Translations under genes and position numbers: made by a program
Assembly: GCA_964588985.1 (NCBI GenBank)
Contig: CAZPQW010000003.1
Span: forward strand, 121,393 to 185,392
Direction: 5' to 3'
Length of the DNA stretch: 64,000 nt
Source: an uncultured Solirubrobacteraceae bacterium
GTDB taxonomy: Bacteria; Actinomycetota; Thermoleophilia; Solirubrobacterales; Solirubrobacteraceae
Shown: piece by piece, positions 25,854-35,187 of the stretch
How positions within the stretch are numbered: position 1 is the first letter of the stretch
How the letters are laid out: each line of letters begins with the position of its first letter
The notes under the pieces: generated by a model
What the model saw: the letters and a program-made list of their open reading frames with translations, nothing else
What the model was told of the DNA's origin: nothing
The model's database searches: none

Positions 25854-26114
25854 GTGGAAGAAGGCGCGATGCAGGTTCACAGGCGGAGGCCAAGAGGACT
25901 CCGTGCGGCGGTCATCGAGGTGCTTGAGGATGTGAAGGAGCCGCTCTCTCCGAAGGAAATTTGGGAGGAGGTCAGCCGCCGAAAACTTCACACGAGCCAG
26001 GGGAAGACGCCGGAAGCCACGGTCAGCGCCATGCTCTACCGCCGAAGCCATGAGTTCCAGAGAGTCGGTCGAGGTCGGTTCATCCTGATAGCCGCGTCAT
26101 CGGGGGCGGCCTGA
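25854..26114 (+). CDS. stand-alone HARE-HTH (HB1/ASXL/restriction endonuclease) winged-helix protein
   Basis: AGGAGG RBS before GTG 25854; AVIEVLEDVKEPLSPKEIWEE...GKTPEATVSAMLY...FQRVGRGRF. Confidence 0.8.
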   Translation: MEEGAMQVHRRRPRGLRAAVIEVLEDVKEPLSPKEIWEEVSRRKLHTSQGKTPEATVSAMLYRRSHEFQRVGRGRFILIAASSGAA

Positions 26115-26125
26115 GTCGCGGGCCG

Positions 26126-28423
26126 CTACGACTCGAACATCATGGCGACGAGGGCGTGTAGGTCGTCGGAGTGCTCTACGCGTGGTTCCATCGCGGTGCG
26201 AGGTAGTACAAGGCTCCAGCCCTCCTTGCCGTCCGCCAAGCCTCGGCTGAGGTCAACGGTCCCGCGTACGACGAGCGCCATTTTCGGCGACTTCAGCGCG
26301 AAGAGCTTGCCTCTGACCTTCGCGTCCAAGAGGTGGTGGCCCGTCGTGTCCACAGCCCAGCACACGCCTTTCTTCCAAATGAGGAAGTCGGGGTAGAACG
26401 TGAGGGAGTCGCCGACCTTCTTCGGCAGCGGCACGCCGTAGCCCTGGCTTCCCGTCGTGGGGTTGCGGACCCAGATCACGCCTTTCACGCGGTCAATGGC
26501 GTGCGCGAACGGCGCCTCGTCTTTGTTGAAGTCGTTCCGTGAGTACCCGGCATGCGCGGCATGCACAAACGAGATCATGTCCTCGCTGCGGGGCCTGTAC
26601 TCGCTTACGGTCCATGTCAGCCGGTCGGGGTCCGGGTCCTCCTCGTAGTCCACGCGTTGCTCGTAGTAGTCCACGATGCGCGCCGCGAGTGCCACTAGGT
26701 CGTCCTGCGCCTGCGAGCCATGGCAGCTGTACTGCTCAAACGCCGGACCGTTGAATCGGTCCGGATGAATCGCGATCAAGCAATTACGGTTGCGCTGAAG
26801 GATTCGCTGGTGGACGAACCTGCCGTTCCTAGTGCGGGCGCTGCGCAGCACGGCTATGTCCTCGTACTCCTCGCTGCCCTCCGTCAGCGACACAACGGCC
26901 TTGCGACCCGTTCCCGGCGCTTCCAGATCCTCGTCGTCCCATTTGCGTGACGATTGGCTGCGGAGTTCTTTCCTCGGTGTTGTCATGTCTGGTGCCTTCA
27001 GTGCCCAGCGCGTGAGCTTGAGTTGTTTCGCTCCGCGCTTCACCGGCACGGGTGTCAGCGGCTCCTTGCGCGTCTTCACGCGCACCGTGGCGAACGCGGG
27101 TTCGTCTTCGGGCGCGTACAGCCGCAGCTCGGCCTTCAAGTCTGAGACGACGGTTTCGTAAGCCGACGTTGGTGTCTCGAGAATCAGGGTGGCGGTATTC
27201 AGCTCTTCAGCGGCGAAGCGTCGGGCGCGGGGCTGCCGCAGCACTCGGCCAACGATCTGGCGTATGCGCACAAACGATTTCGTGACGCCGTCGAAATAGC
27301 AGACGTATGCCTCGGGGTCGTCCCAGCCCTCCTGCAGCGCTTGGTTGAAGATGATGTGTCGGTAACGAGGCTCAAGTTGGCTCAGGCTAGCGACGCGCTC
27401 CGCGCCCTCCGGCAGCTCCTTCGTGTCCGTATACACCGCGATCTCGTCCGCGGGCACGCCGCGCGAGAGCAGATGACGCCAGATCGCCACGGGCCGAGCC
27501 TCCTCGTTGGAGCCGCGCCGAGGATTGCTCTTCTCCACGACGTAGATCGCGCGCGGCGTTATGCCCGCTTCCTCCGCGTCGGTGGCGGCCTGCACGCGTT
27601 CCAGCGCAGCGAGTGCGCCGTCTAGGCTCTCCTCGGAGCCGCTCCGGTAGTCCACGACCTCAATCGTCGTCTTCAGAAGGTTCGCGTCCACCACGTCACG
27701 CGTCCTGATCGGGACTTTTCCAGCGGCCAGCAGTGCTTTCGTCTCCTCTCCCTGGTTCAGCGCCTCCTCCCATTTCACGAACAGGTCGTTCATGAGCGGC
27801 GTCGCCGATGCCATGAAGAAGCCGCGCGGTTTGAGAGCAGCGAGCTGGTCCAGCTGCACTTCGCTTTGGTTGTGGCTCTCGTCAGACACGATCCAGAGCG
27901 GTCGCCTCAGGTTCTCACGTAGCTGGTAAAACGGGGCGCCCTCGCCGGCCCAGTCCGCCTGTTCTCGGCGGAGGCGCAGGCGGGCATCACCGTCTCCTAC
28001 ACCGGCCTCGGCCTCGTTCCACGAGGCCACGGTCAATACCCAAATCGTGACCCCTTTCCTACTGTCAATCAGCTCGCGCCATGCAAGCTGGCTCGGGATG
28101 TCACGGATCACCTTCGCGCCCGGCGGCAGCAGCGAGCGGTACTTGCCGTTCAGGTTCTCGTAGGTCTGCTCCACGACAGCGCTGGATCGCGTCGTCCAGA
28201 AGATCACCGCATCGCCGAGTCCTGCGACCGTACCAGCGAGCACCGGCGTCTTCCCGGAGCCCGTGACGGCCTTCAGCTGCCCCAGGAATGGGATCGGGGA
28301 TTCGCCGTATTCCGGCGGGTGGCCGCGCCGGACGGCATACGCCACCCAGGACAGCGCGGCTTCCCTGAGCGACTGGGCGGCTTCTTCCTGGAACGGGAAG
28401 AGTCGGAAGCTATCCACCGTCAT
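26126..28423 (-). CDS. Type III restriction Res-like SF2 helicase with C-terminal PD-type nuclease domain
   Basis: LFPFQ, TGSGKT, DESH, SAT, LQEGWDDP, QIVGRVLR, FYPDF; overlaps the mod stop. Confidence 0.85.
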   Translation of the reverse strand: MTVDSFRLFPFQEEAAQSLREAALSWVAYAVRRGHPPEYGESPIPFLGQLKAVTGSGKTPVLAGTVAGLGDAVIFWTTRSSAVVEQTYENLNGKYRSLLPPGAKVIRDIPSQLAWRELIDSRKGVTIWVLTVASWNEAEAGVGDGDARLRLRREQADWAGEGAPFYQLRENLRRPLWIVSDESHNQSEVQLDQLAALKPRGFFMASATPLMNDLFVKWEEALNQGEETKALLAAGKVPIRTRDVVDANLLKTTIEVVDYRSGSEESLDGALAALERVQAATDAEEAGITPRAIYVVEKSNPRRGSNEEARPVAIWRHLLSRGVPADEIAVYTDTKELPEGAERVASLSQLEPRYRHIIFNQALQEGWDDPEAYVCYFDGVTKSFVRIRQIVGRVLRQPRARRFAAEELNTATLILETPTSAYETVVSDLKAELRLYAPEDEPAFATVRVKTRKEPLTPVPVKRGAKQLKLTRWALKAPDMTTPRKELRSQSSRKWDDEDLEAPGTGRKAVVSLTEGSEEYEDIAVLRSARTRNGRFVHQRILQRNRNCLIAIHPDRFNGPAFEQYSCHGSQAQDDLVALAARIVDYYEQRVDYEEDPDPDRLTWTVSEYRPRSEDMISFVHAAHAGYSRNDFNKDEAPFAHAIDRVKGVIWVRNPTTGSQGYGVPLPKKVGDSLTFYPDFLIWKKGVCWAVDTTGHHLLDAKVRGKLFALKSPKMALVVRGTVDLSRGLADGKEGWSLVLPRTAMEPRVEHSDDLHALVAMMFES

Positions 28424-30293
28424 CCGGGGCGGTTAGCAACGCGGTCTCCAGCGCCTCAACGGCGTCGGCGTCACCGTGGAGGGCAGCATCGTCGTCGTCC
28501 GTAATCTGAAGCGCCGCCAGGATCTCATCGGGGATCTGGCAGAAACGGAAGGATTCGGTCTCACCGATCTCGCACGTCGCGGCGTATGCCCGCAGCGGCC
28601 GACGTAGGCCCTTCGCCTTCGTCTCGTCGAACATCGCGACGAGCACGTCGCGTGTGATCGCCGACTCCTTCCTTCCGTTCCAGCACAGACAGATCGCCTC
28701 CTGTCGCGAGTTGTAGCCTATGACGTACTGGCCGGCGACACGCGTGATGCCGCGGCCCTTGCCCGTGGCATCCGTGTGCATGATGAGGTTCGCAATTGCC
28801 TCGCGCTCCAGCTCCAGGATCGCGCCCCTGTTAAGGCGACGACCCGTGCTTTCAAACGTGAAGCCACCGGGCAGCTTCTCCTTCTGGATCGCCGTCTTCA
28901 AACGTGGCGCGATGAAGGTGCGGCAGTAGCGGTCCTCGCGCGTGCCCTCCTCAATGAGGATAAATCGGCGCGAGCCACCGTCGGCGGCGTTGAGCCGCAT
29001 CACGGCTTGCCCTGTCGTTCCGGAGCCAGCGAACGGGTCCAACACGAGCGCGTCGGAGTCGCCTGCGAAGCCGATCAAAGTCTCAATTAGGGTTGTGGGC
29101 TTCGCGTTGGGGAAACGGCCGGCGTCTTTCGGAAGTAGCCTCTTCAAGTCGGCTGCGCCGCCACGCGAGCCCAGCTCAATCACGCCACGCAGCGGTGGCC
29201 GAAGCTCCCGTAGGTACTTCTTGAGCTGGACGAGCCGGCGCGCATCCCTCGGATAGATGATGCGCCCTTCCGACTCCAGGCGCCGCATCGTCTCCTCAGG
29301 GAAGCGGTAACCCCGCCCCGGCTTCTTGTGCACGAGTCCGGTCTCCGGGTTCACAACGTCGTAGACGTAGCCGCCAGGGTGCGGGTTCTCGGTCGTGCGG
29401 TTCGCGGCGTACGGGCCACGCTCGTCCACGAAGGAGTAGCGGGCGAGGTCGCCGAGGTCCACGATGCCTGACTCCTCTGCGGACTGCGTTGACGCGCCAT
29501 ACGCCGCAATGTGCTCCTTGATTGCGGCCTGGTACGCCTTCTCAATCACCGCGACCTCGCCGCGGTGCTTCTTCTTCAGCTGTTCGTACGTCTGCAGCAG
29601 CCAGAGCTGCGCCGGACTGTCGCCGGACCACACCCGAGGCACCTCCTCCTCGCGCTTCGCGTAACAGAGGATGTACTCGTGACCGACCGCGATCCTCGTC
29701 GGATTGTTGTCTGCTGCCTGCTTCCAAACGACGACGCCGAGGCGGTTACGCTCACCGAAGATCTCGTCCATGAGCATGCCGAGTCGGAAGAGCTCGATGT
29801 CGTTGATGGAGACGAAGCAGATGCCGTCCTCAGCGAGTAGCTGCCAGACGAGCCAGAGGCGCGGGCCGATGAAGTTCAGCCACTTGGTGTGTCGGCCGCC
29901 GTCCTCGTTGTTCACGTACACCATGTCGTCGGCATCGGCGTTCGGGTCGTGGAAGCGCGCGTCGGAGTAAGCGAAGTCGCTCTTCCCAGTGTTGTACGGC
30001 ACGTCTAGGTAAGCAACGTTGACCATGCCCTGGTACTGCGAGCGCAGCGACACCATTACTTGAAGGTTGTCGCCCTCAATCACGCGGTTGTCCCGCGGCT
30101 TCCCGAACGACAGCTTCGGCACGGCCTCCAGCATGCGCGGCGCCGGCATCCTCGTCCGGTAGCCCTTCCGGCCCTCCCAGTGGAGGTACATGCCGGGACC
30201 GCCGGGGCGGCCCGCGGCGCGCGTCACGGGGTCCAGCGAAACCCGACCGTTCGTGGGCTTTGTGGTCGCGGCTTTCTTGCGTGCTGTTGCCAT
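28410..30293 (-). CDS. Type III Mod-like adenine DNA methyltransferase (beta class)
   Basis: IEGDNL, DVPYNTG (motif IV variant), HTKWLNF..PRL, MDEIFGE.N, HEYILCYAK, KPTTLI, DPFAGSGTTG, RRFILIE. Confidence 0.9.
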   Translation of the reverse strand: MATARKKAATTKPTNGRVSLDPVTRAAGRPGGPGMYLHWEGRKGYRTRMPAPRMLEAVPKLSFGKPRDNRVIEGDNLQVMVSLRSQYQGMVNVAYLDVPYNTGKSDFAYSDARFHDPNADADDMVYVNNEDGGRHTKWLNFIGPRLWLVWQLLAEDGICFVSINDIELFRLGMLMDEIFGERNRLGVVVWKQAADNNPTRIAVGHEYILCYAKREEEVPRVWSGDSPAQLWLLQTYEQLKKKHRGEVAVIEKAYQAAIKEHIAAYGASTQSAEESGIVDLGDLARYSFVDERGPYAANRTTENPHPGGYVYDVVNPETGLVHKKPGRGYRFPEETMRRLESEGRIIYPRDARRLVQLKKYLRELRPPLRGVIELGSRGGAADLKRLLPKDAGRFPNAKPTTLIETLIGFAGDSDALVLDPFAGSGTTGQAVMRLNAADGGSRRFILIEEGTREDRYCRTFIAPRLKTAIQKEKLPGGFTFESTGRRLNRGAILELEREAIANLIMHTDATGKGRGITRVAGQYVIGYNSRQEAICLCWNGRKESAITRDVLVAMFDETKAKGLRRPLRAYAATCEIGETESFRFCQIPDEILAALQITDDDDAALHGDADAVEALETALLTAPDDGG

Positions 30294-30382
30294 CTTGCCT
30301 CCGATTCTCGCCGATTCCGCGGCGTCGCGGCCCCCCAGAGCCACGCCGAGCTAGCCACCTACCGGTTGTCCGTCTCGACCCA

Positions 30383-30398
30383 GCGAACACAAGTTCGC
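30383..30398. promoter_or_regulatory. LexA (SOS/Cheo) box upstream of mod-res
   Basis: GCGAAC-ACAA-GTTCGC, a perfect match to CGAAC-N4-GTTCG, about 90 bp upstream of the mod ATG. Confidence 0.7.
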
Positions 30399-30694
30399 AT
30401 CCGCACCGGACGTAGCAAGAGAGATCGACCTCATCAGGGCTCCGCGTGGGCCTTAACTCGACGCGTGCCCCCGTCGCATACTGGCCTGTGATGGCGACGT
30501 CGGACGGTTGCCCGTGCGCCGTAGCTAATCCCAACGGGGCCACGCCCCCGGCTGTTAGTAGCAGAGCGGGGGCACTTTGAATGGAGCCGCCGACGCTAGA
30601 CTCGGCCAGCCATGCCGTCAACCAGTTTCGCTAGCCGTTTCGCTAGGCCCTCCTAGTGGTGCCCGGCAGCGCGCCTGGTGGCTAACGTGTGGCT

Positions 30695-31615
30695 ATGTCT
30701 GCTTCGTGGCCTGCGCTCGCCTACAACGATTGGAGCGCGACGTGCGACACGCTCCACGCCCACACCCAGGTGCTCGGCAAGCTGGCCGTCGCGCTCGCGC
30801 CGCCCGAGCCGCAACTCCAGCACGCTGCGCTGCGCCTGACCGCGCGAGGCTGGGAGACCACCCCGCTTGTGGCGCCCGACGGCTCCGGGGCGTTCGTCGC
30901 CGCGCTCGACCTGCGCACCCACGAGGCCGTGATCGAGCACAGCGCCGGTGCTGTGGTGCGTATCGCACTGGGACCGGATAGGCCGGTGGGCGAAGTCACG
31001 CGCGCGATCCTCGATGCGATCCGCGGTCTTGCCGGAGCGGTCGAGATCGACCCGACACCGCAGGAGGTGCATTGGAGCGTGCCGCTCGACGAGGACGACG
31101 AGCACGCGCGCTACGACCCGGCGCAGGTCTCTCACTATTTCGCCGCGGCAACCCAAGCGGCGCTCGTCCTAGCAGCGTTTCGCGCGCCATTCCGAGGGCG
31201 CTCGACTCCGGTCAACGCTTGGTGGGGCTCGTTCGACATCGCGGTCAGCCTGTTCTCCGGGTTGCCGGCCGACCCGCCGTCGGATGACTTCATCATGCGC
31301 AACGCGATGGACGCGCAGGAGGTGGCCATCGGCTGGTGGCCCGGCGATCCACGATCCTCCAAGGCAGCTTTCTACGCCTACGCGCACCCGGCACCCGCTG
31401 GATTCTCAGGCGCCACGCTCTCCCCCGCCGCCGCGCATTGGGATGCAGCACTCGGCGAGTACATCCTCGACTGGGACGATGTCTGCTCGAGTCCTGAACC
31501 GCACGCGTTCGCGCTCGAGTTCGCCCACTCGGCGTTCCGCCACGCGTGCGCCGTGTGCGAGTGGGACCCAGCGCTCGCCGCCAGCGCTGAGGGTACGCCG
31601 CCGCCTGTCGCGTGA
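30695..31615 (+). CDS. DUF5996-family protein
   Basis: WPAL.Y.DW..TCDTLH...QVLGK, LTARGWETTP, F.GRSTPV..WWGSFD.AV..FSG, GWWPGD, AAFYAYAHP.P.G. Confidence 0.85.
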   Translation: MSASWPALAYNDWSATCDTLHAHTQVLGKLAVALAPPEPQLQHAALRLTARGWETTPLVAPDGSGAFVAALDLRTHEAVIEHSAGAVVRIALGPDRPVGEVTRAILDAIRGLAGAVEIDPTPQEVHWSVPLDEDDEHARYDPAQVSHYFAAATQAALVLAAFRAPFRGRSTPVNAWWGSFDIAVSLFSGLPADPPSDDFIMRNAMDAQEVAIGWWPGDPRSSKAAFYAYAHPAPAGFSGATLSPAAAHWDAALGEYILDWDDVCSSPEPHAFALEFAHSAFRHACAVCEWDPALAASAEGTPPPVA

Positions 31616-31624
31616 GTCGGCGCG

Positions 31625-31852
31625 TTACGCGGCTACGGCCACGCCCGCGGGGACGTAGTGCTCGAAAGCCAGGTCGGAGGGCACAGGAACGCCTTGCTCC
31701 TCATCCGCACAGGTCAGGGCAAACATCGCAGCCTCCTCCGCATAAGCGGGGTCGTAGATCTCTGAGCCGCCCACAAGGCCCGGGATATCTGGAGAGTCGA
31801 AGTTCCAGCCATAGCCTGGCTCGGTCTGGTGCAGGATGCGAATGGTGTCCAT
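31625..31852 (-). CDS. HicB-like (partial RNase H fold) small protein, orphan
   Basis: IRILHQTEPGYGWNFDSPDIPGLVGG...AEEA resembles the HicB N-terminal domain. Confidence 0.55.
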   Translation of the reverse strand: MDTIRILHQTEPGYGWNFDSPDIPGLVGGSEIYDPAYAEEAAMFALTCADEEQGVPVPSDLAFEHYVPAGVAVAA

Positions 31853-31914
31853 GTCAGCTCAGACAGTAGTACTCAAGAGGGACGCGACCTCTGTACCCGC
31901 GCTACGCTTGCGCT

Positions 31915-32091
31915 ATGGAGGAACGCCCAGGGTCGGCCTGGTTTGGCTTGCCCGTCATGATCGGCGTTCTGGCCCTTGTCGCAGTCTGGAGAGCGTTCCC
32001 CACCCTCATCGGCTTTGTGGGAGCCCTACTCGCCGTCCTCGCCGTCTTCCTGATAATCGGCGCCGCGATGACGCTCGTGAAGAGGCGGTAA
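31915..32091 (+). CDS. 58-aa two-TM membrane protein (not in the ORF track)
   Basis: MEERPGSAWFGLPVMIGVLALVAVWRAFPTLIGFVGALLAVLAVFLIIGAAMTLVKRR-TAA; two hydrophobic helices and a basic C-terminus. Confidence 0.6.
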   Translation: MEERPGSAWFGLPVMIGVLALVAVWRAFPTLIGFVGALLAVLAVFLIIGAAMTLVKRR

Positions 32092-32131
32092 GGGCGCTCA
32101 AATCGCTAGCGCAGTCCCGAGACTCCTATGC

Positions 32132-32157
32132 TGCTAGCATTGATAGCGTTGACAGCA
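32132..32157 (+). promoter_or_regulatory. putative FitA operator: three TG(A/C)(T/C)AGC repeats
   Basis: TGCTAGCA, TGATAGCG, TGACAGCA at 9-bp period just before the RBS; similar to the FitAB half-site TGATAGCA. Confidence 0.55.
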
Positions 32158-32172
32158 ACCCAAGGAGTACCG

Positions 32173-32418
32173 GTGGCGACCCTGACCATTCGAGGACTCG
32201 ATGATGAAACCAAGGCCCGCCTGCGCGTGAGCGCCGCGCGTCACGGGCGCTCGATGGAGGCCGAGGTGCGAAGCATCCTCGAAGAGGCGCTGCCCTCCCG
32301 GCAGGCATCGGGCGGTCTCGGCAGCCGCATCCACGCCCGCTTCGCGGACATCGGCGGCGTGGAACTCGATCTGCCCGGCCGGAGTGAGATGCCGCGCGCG
32401 GCGACCCTGCAGGCGTGA
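32173..32418 (+). CDS. fitA: FitA-like ribbon-helix-helix antitoxin
   Basis: AAGGAG RBS, GTG; ATLTIRGLDDETKARLRVSAARHGRSMEAEVRSIL. Confidence 0.88.
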   Translation: MATLTIRGLDDETKARLRVSAARHGRSMEAEVRSILEEALPSRQASGGLGSRIHARFADIGGVELDLPGRSEMPRAATLQA

Positions 32419-32834
32419 TCCTTCTCGACACGAACGTTCTCTCCGAGCTCATCCGTCCCGAGCCCGATGAAGGGGTGACGCGTTGGCTGGACTCGCAAGA
32501 CGCCGCTGCAGTCGCGACGACTGCGATCACGGCCGCCGAGCTGCTCTATGGAGTCGCCCGTCTGCCCGCAGGGCGGCGCAAGGAGCGACTGGGCGAGGCG
32601 ATCCGGGGGCTGATCGAGGAAGACCTCGACGGTCGCGTCGAGCCGTTCGACGCCACGGCCGCCGACCACTACGCGGCTCTTGTCAACGATCGAGAGACTG
32701 CCGGTCGTCCGATCAGCGTCGCCGACGCACAGATAGCCGCGATCTGCCGCAAGCTGGGGGCTACGCTCGCCACCCGCAACACCAGCGACTTCAAAGACAC
32801 CGGGATCGAGCTTCTCGACCCTTGGCAGGACTAA
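32415..32834 (+). CDS. vapC: FitB/VapC PIN-domain toxin
   Basis: ILLDTNVLSE, ELLYG, DAQIAAI, LATRN..DF; GTGA overlap with the antitoxin. Confidence 0.93.
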   Translation: MILLDTNVLSELIRPEPDEGVTRWLDSQDAAAVATTAITAAELLYGVARLPAGRRKERLGEAIRGLIEEDLDGRVEPFDATAADHYAALVNDRETAGRPISVADAQIAAICRKLGATLATRNTSDFKDTGIELLDPWQD

Positions 32835-32835
32835 C

Positions 32836-32866
32836 GAGGGGCGCCCGCGTAACGCGAGCGCCCCTC
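32836..32866. terminator. hairpin between convergent vapC and recA
   Basis: GAGGGGCGC-C-CGCGT-A-ACGCG-A-GCGCCCCTC. Confidence 0.7.
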
Positions 32867-32874
32867 AGCTGCTC

Positions 32875-33969
<1,095 letters not shown>

Positions 33970-34030
33970 GGCGATATTCCTCCGGTTCGAAATGGAGAGA
34001 GGAAGTTAGACGGCGCTTCGGACGGAACGA

Positions 34031-34042
34031 GAACAGACGTTC
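34031..34042. promoter_or_regulatory. LexA (SOS) box upstream of recA
   Basis: GAAC-AGAC-GTTC about 60 bp upstream of the recA start. Confidence 0.8.
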
Positions 34043-34109
34043 GCATGCCGTTCGTCCACCACACCGCCCCTCCATTTGCATCAACCTGGCTCGGAGACGA
34101 TGGAAGGAC

Positions 34110-34562
34110 ATGGCCTCCACTCCCCCCGCCCCCAGCCTCCGCCACCTCCTGCTGCTCGCCCTCACGGTCTCCGCGGTACTGCTGCTCGCGCTGCCCGCCG
34201 CCTCGGTCGCACGCGCACACAAGAGCAACTGCCATGCCGCCTCCACCACCCACTCCAAACACGCCGACCGCAAATGCTCGCGCCCCGCGCACAAGGCGAA
34301 GCCGACTCACGCCAAACGACACCACCCGGCGCACGCCCGCCCCAAGCACAAGTCGCACACTCCGACGACTCCCGGAACAGAAGAATCCGAAGGAGCCGGC
34401 GAAGCGCTCTGCGCTGACGGCAGCGCCCCGTTCGCCAGCGAAGAAGGCACCTTCGCCTGCGAAGACGGCTCGGCGCCGGAATGCGCCGCGGGACTCGTCG
34501 AAGTGATCTCCAGCGACGGGTCCACGCTGCTCTGCGAAGCATCCGTCGGCGAAGAAAGCTGA
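34110..34562 (+). CDS. secreted His/Lys-rich protein with CxDGSxP repeats
   Basis: Signal peptide, basic His-rich linker, CADGSAP / CEDGSAP / SDGSTLLC. Confidence 0.7.
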   Translation: MASTPPAPSLRHLLLLALTVSAVLLLALPAASVARAHKSNCHAASTTHSKHADRKCSRPAHKAKPTHAKRHHPAHARPKHKSHTPTTPGTEESEGAGEALCADGSAPFASEEGTFACEDGSAPECAAGLVEVISSDGSTLLCEASVGEES

Positions 34563-34596
34563 AGCACAGCGCGCTTCGAAGCCCACGCTCGCTACC

Positions 34597-35187
34597 TCAT
34601 TCGGGCCGCGCCAGCTCGCAGGTCTCAAGCGCCTCGTACGTAGCGCCGGCGGGCGACAGCCACGAGCGGTACAGCACGATCGACACCGGCTCGAAGCTCA
34701 ACTGCGGCGTGGGCTCCAGCGGGCGCGCGTAGGAGGCCCCGAGAGCACCCTCGCGCATGCGCGCCACCGTCACGTGGGCCCTGAAACGCCGCCGCTGCGG
34801 CTCCCAGCCGCTGACCTCGCACAGCGCCTCGCTCACCCGCGCCTGGATCCCGGCGAGCTCGCCGTCCCGGTCATCGATCTCCACCGACAGCGCGCGCGGA
34901 CGCCTCGGCGGCAGCCACAGCGGCGCTCCCACCGACAGCTCGCAGCTGGACTCGCGAGAGGATCGGAGCGCGTGCGCCAGCGCGTCGATCTCCCCCACCG
35001 GACGCTCGCCGAGGAAGCACAGCGTCAGGTGCAGATCGTCCGTATCCACGAGCCGCAGCGCCTCGCGCCCCCCGCCGCCCCTACCCGAGCCGAGGCTCGA
35101 CCGCACTCCGCGCGCCCAAGCCGCCAGCTGCTCGCGCACGCTCGCCGGCGGGTCGGCCGCCACGAACAGTCGGGCAGCAGCGCTCAA
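34597..35187 (-). CDS. thpR: RNA 2',3'-cyclic phosphodiesterase
   Basis: RLFVA, HLTL and HVTV 2H motifs; TTG start overlaps the cinA stop. Confidence 0.9.
   Translation of the reverse strand: MSAAARLFVAADPPASVREQLAAWARGVRSSLGSGRGGGGREALRLVDTDDLHLTLCFLGERPVGEIDALAHALRSSRESSCELSVGAPLWLPPRRPRALSVEIDDRDGELAGIQARVSEALCEVSGWEPQRRRFRAHVTVARMREGALGASYARPLEPTPQLSFEPVSIVLYRSWLSPAGATYEALETCELARPE

Noticed and set aside
30544-30647. Hairpin GCCCCCG...CGGGGGC and tandem GTTTCGCTAG repeats between mod and the DUF5996 gene as att site or origin
   Set aside because: No matching copy at the other island boundary and no mobility gene to support it.
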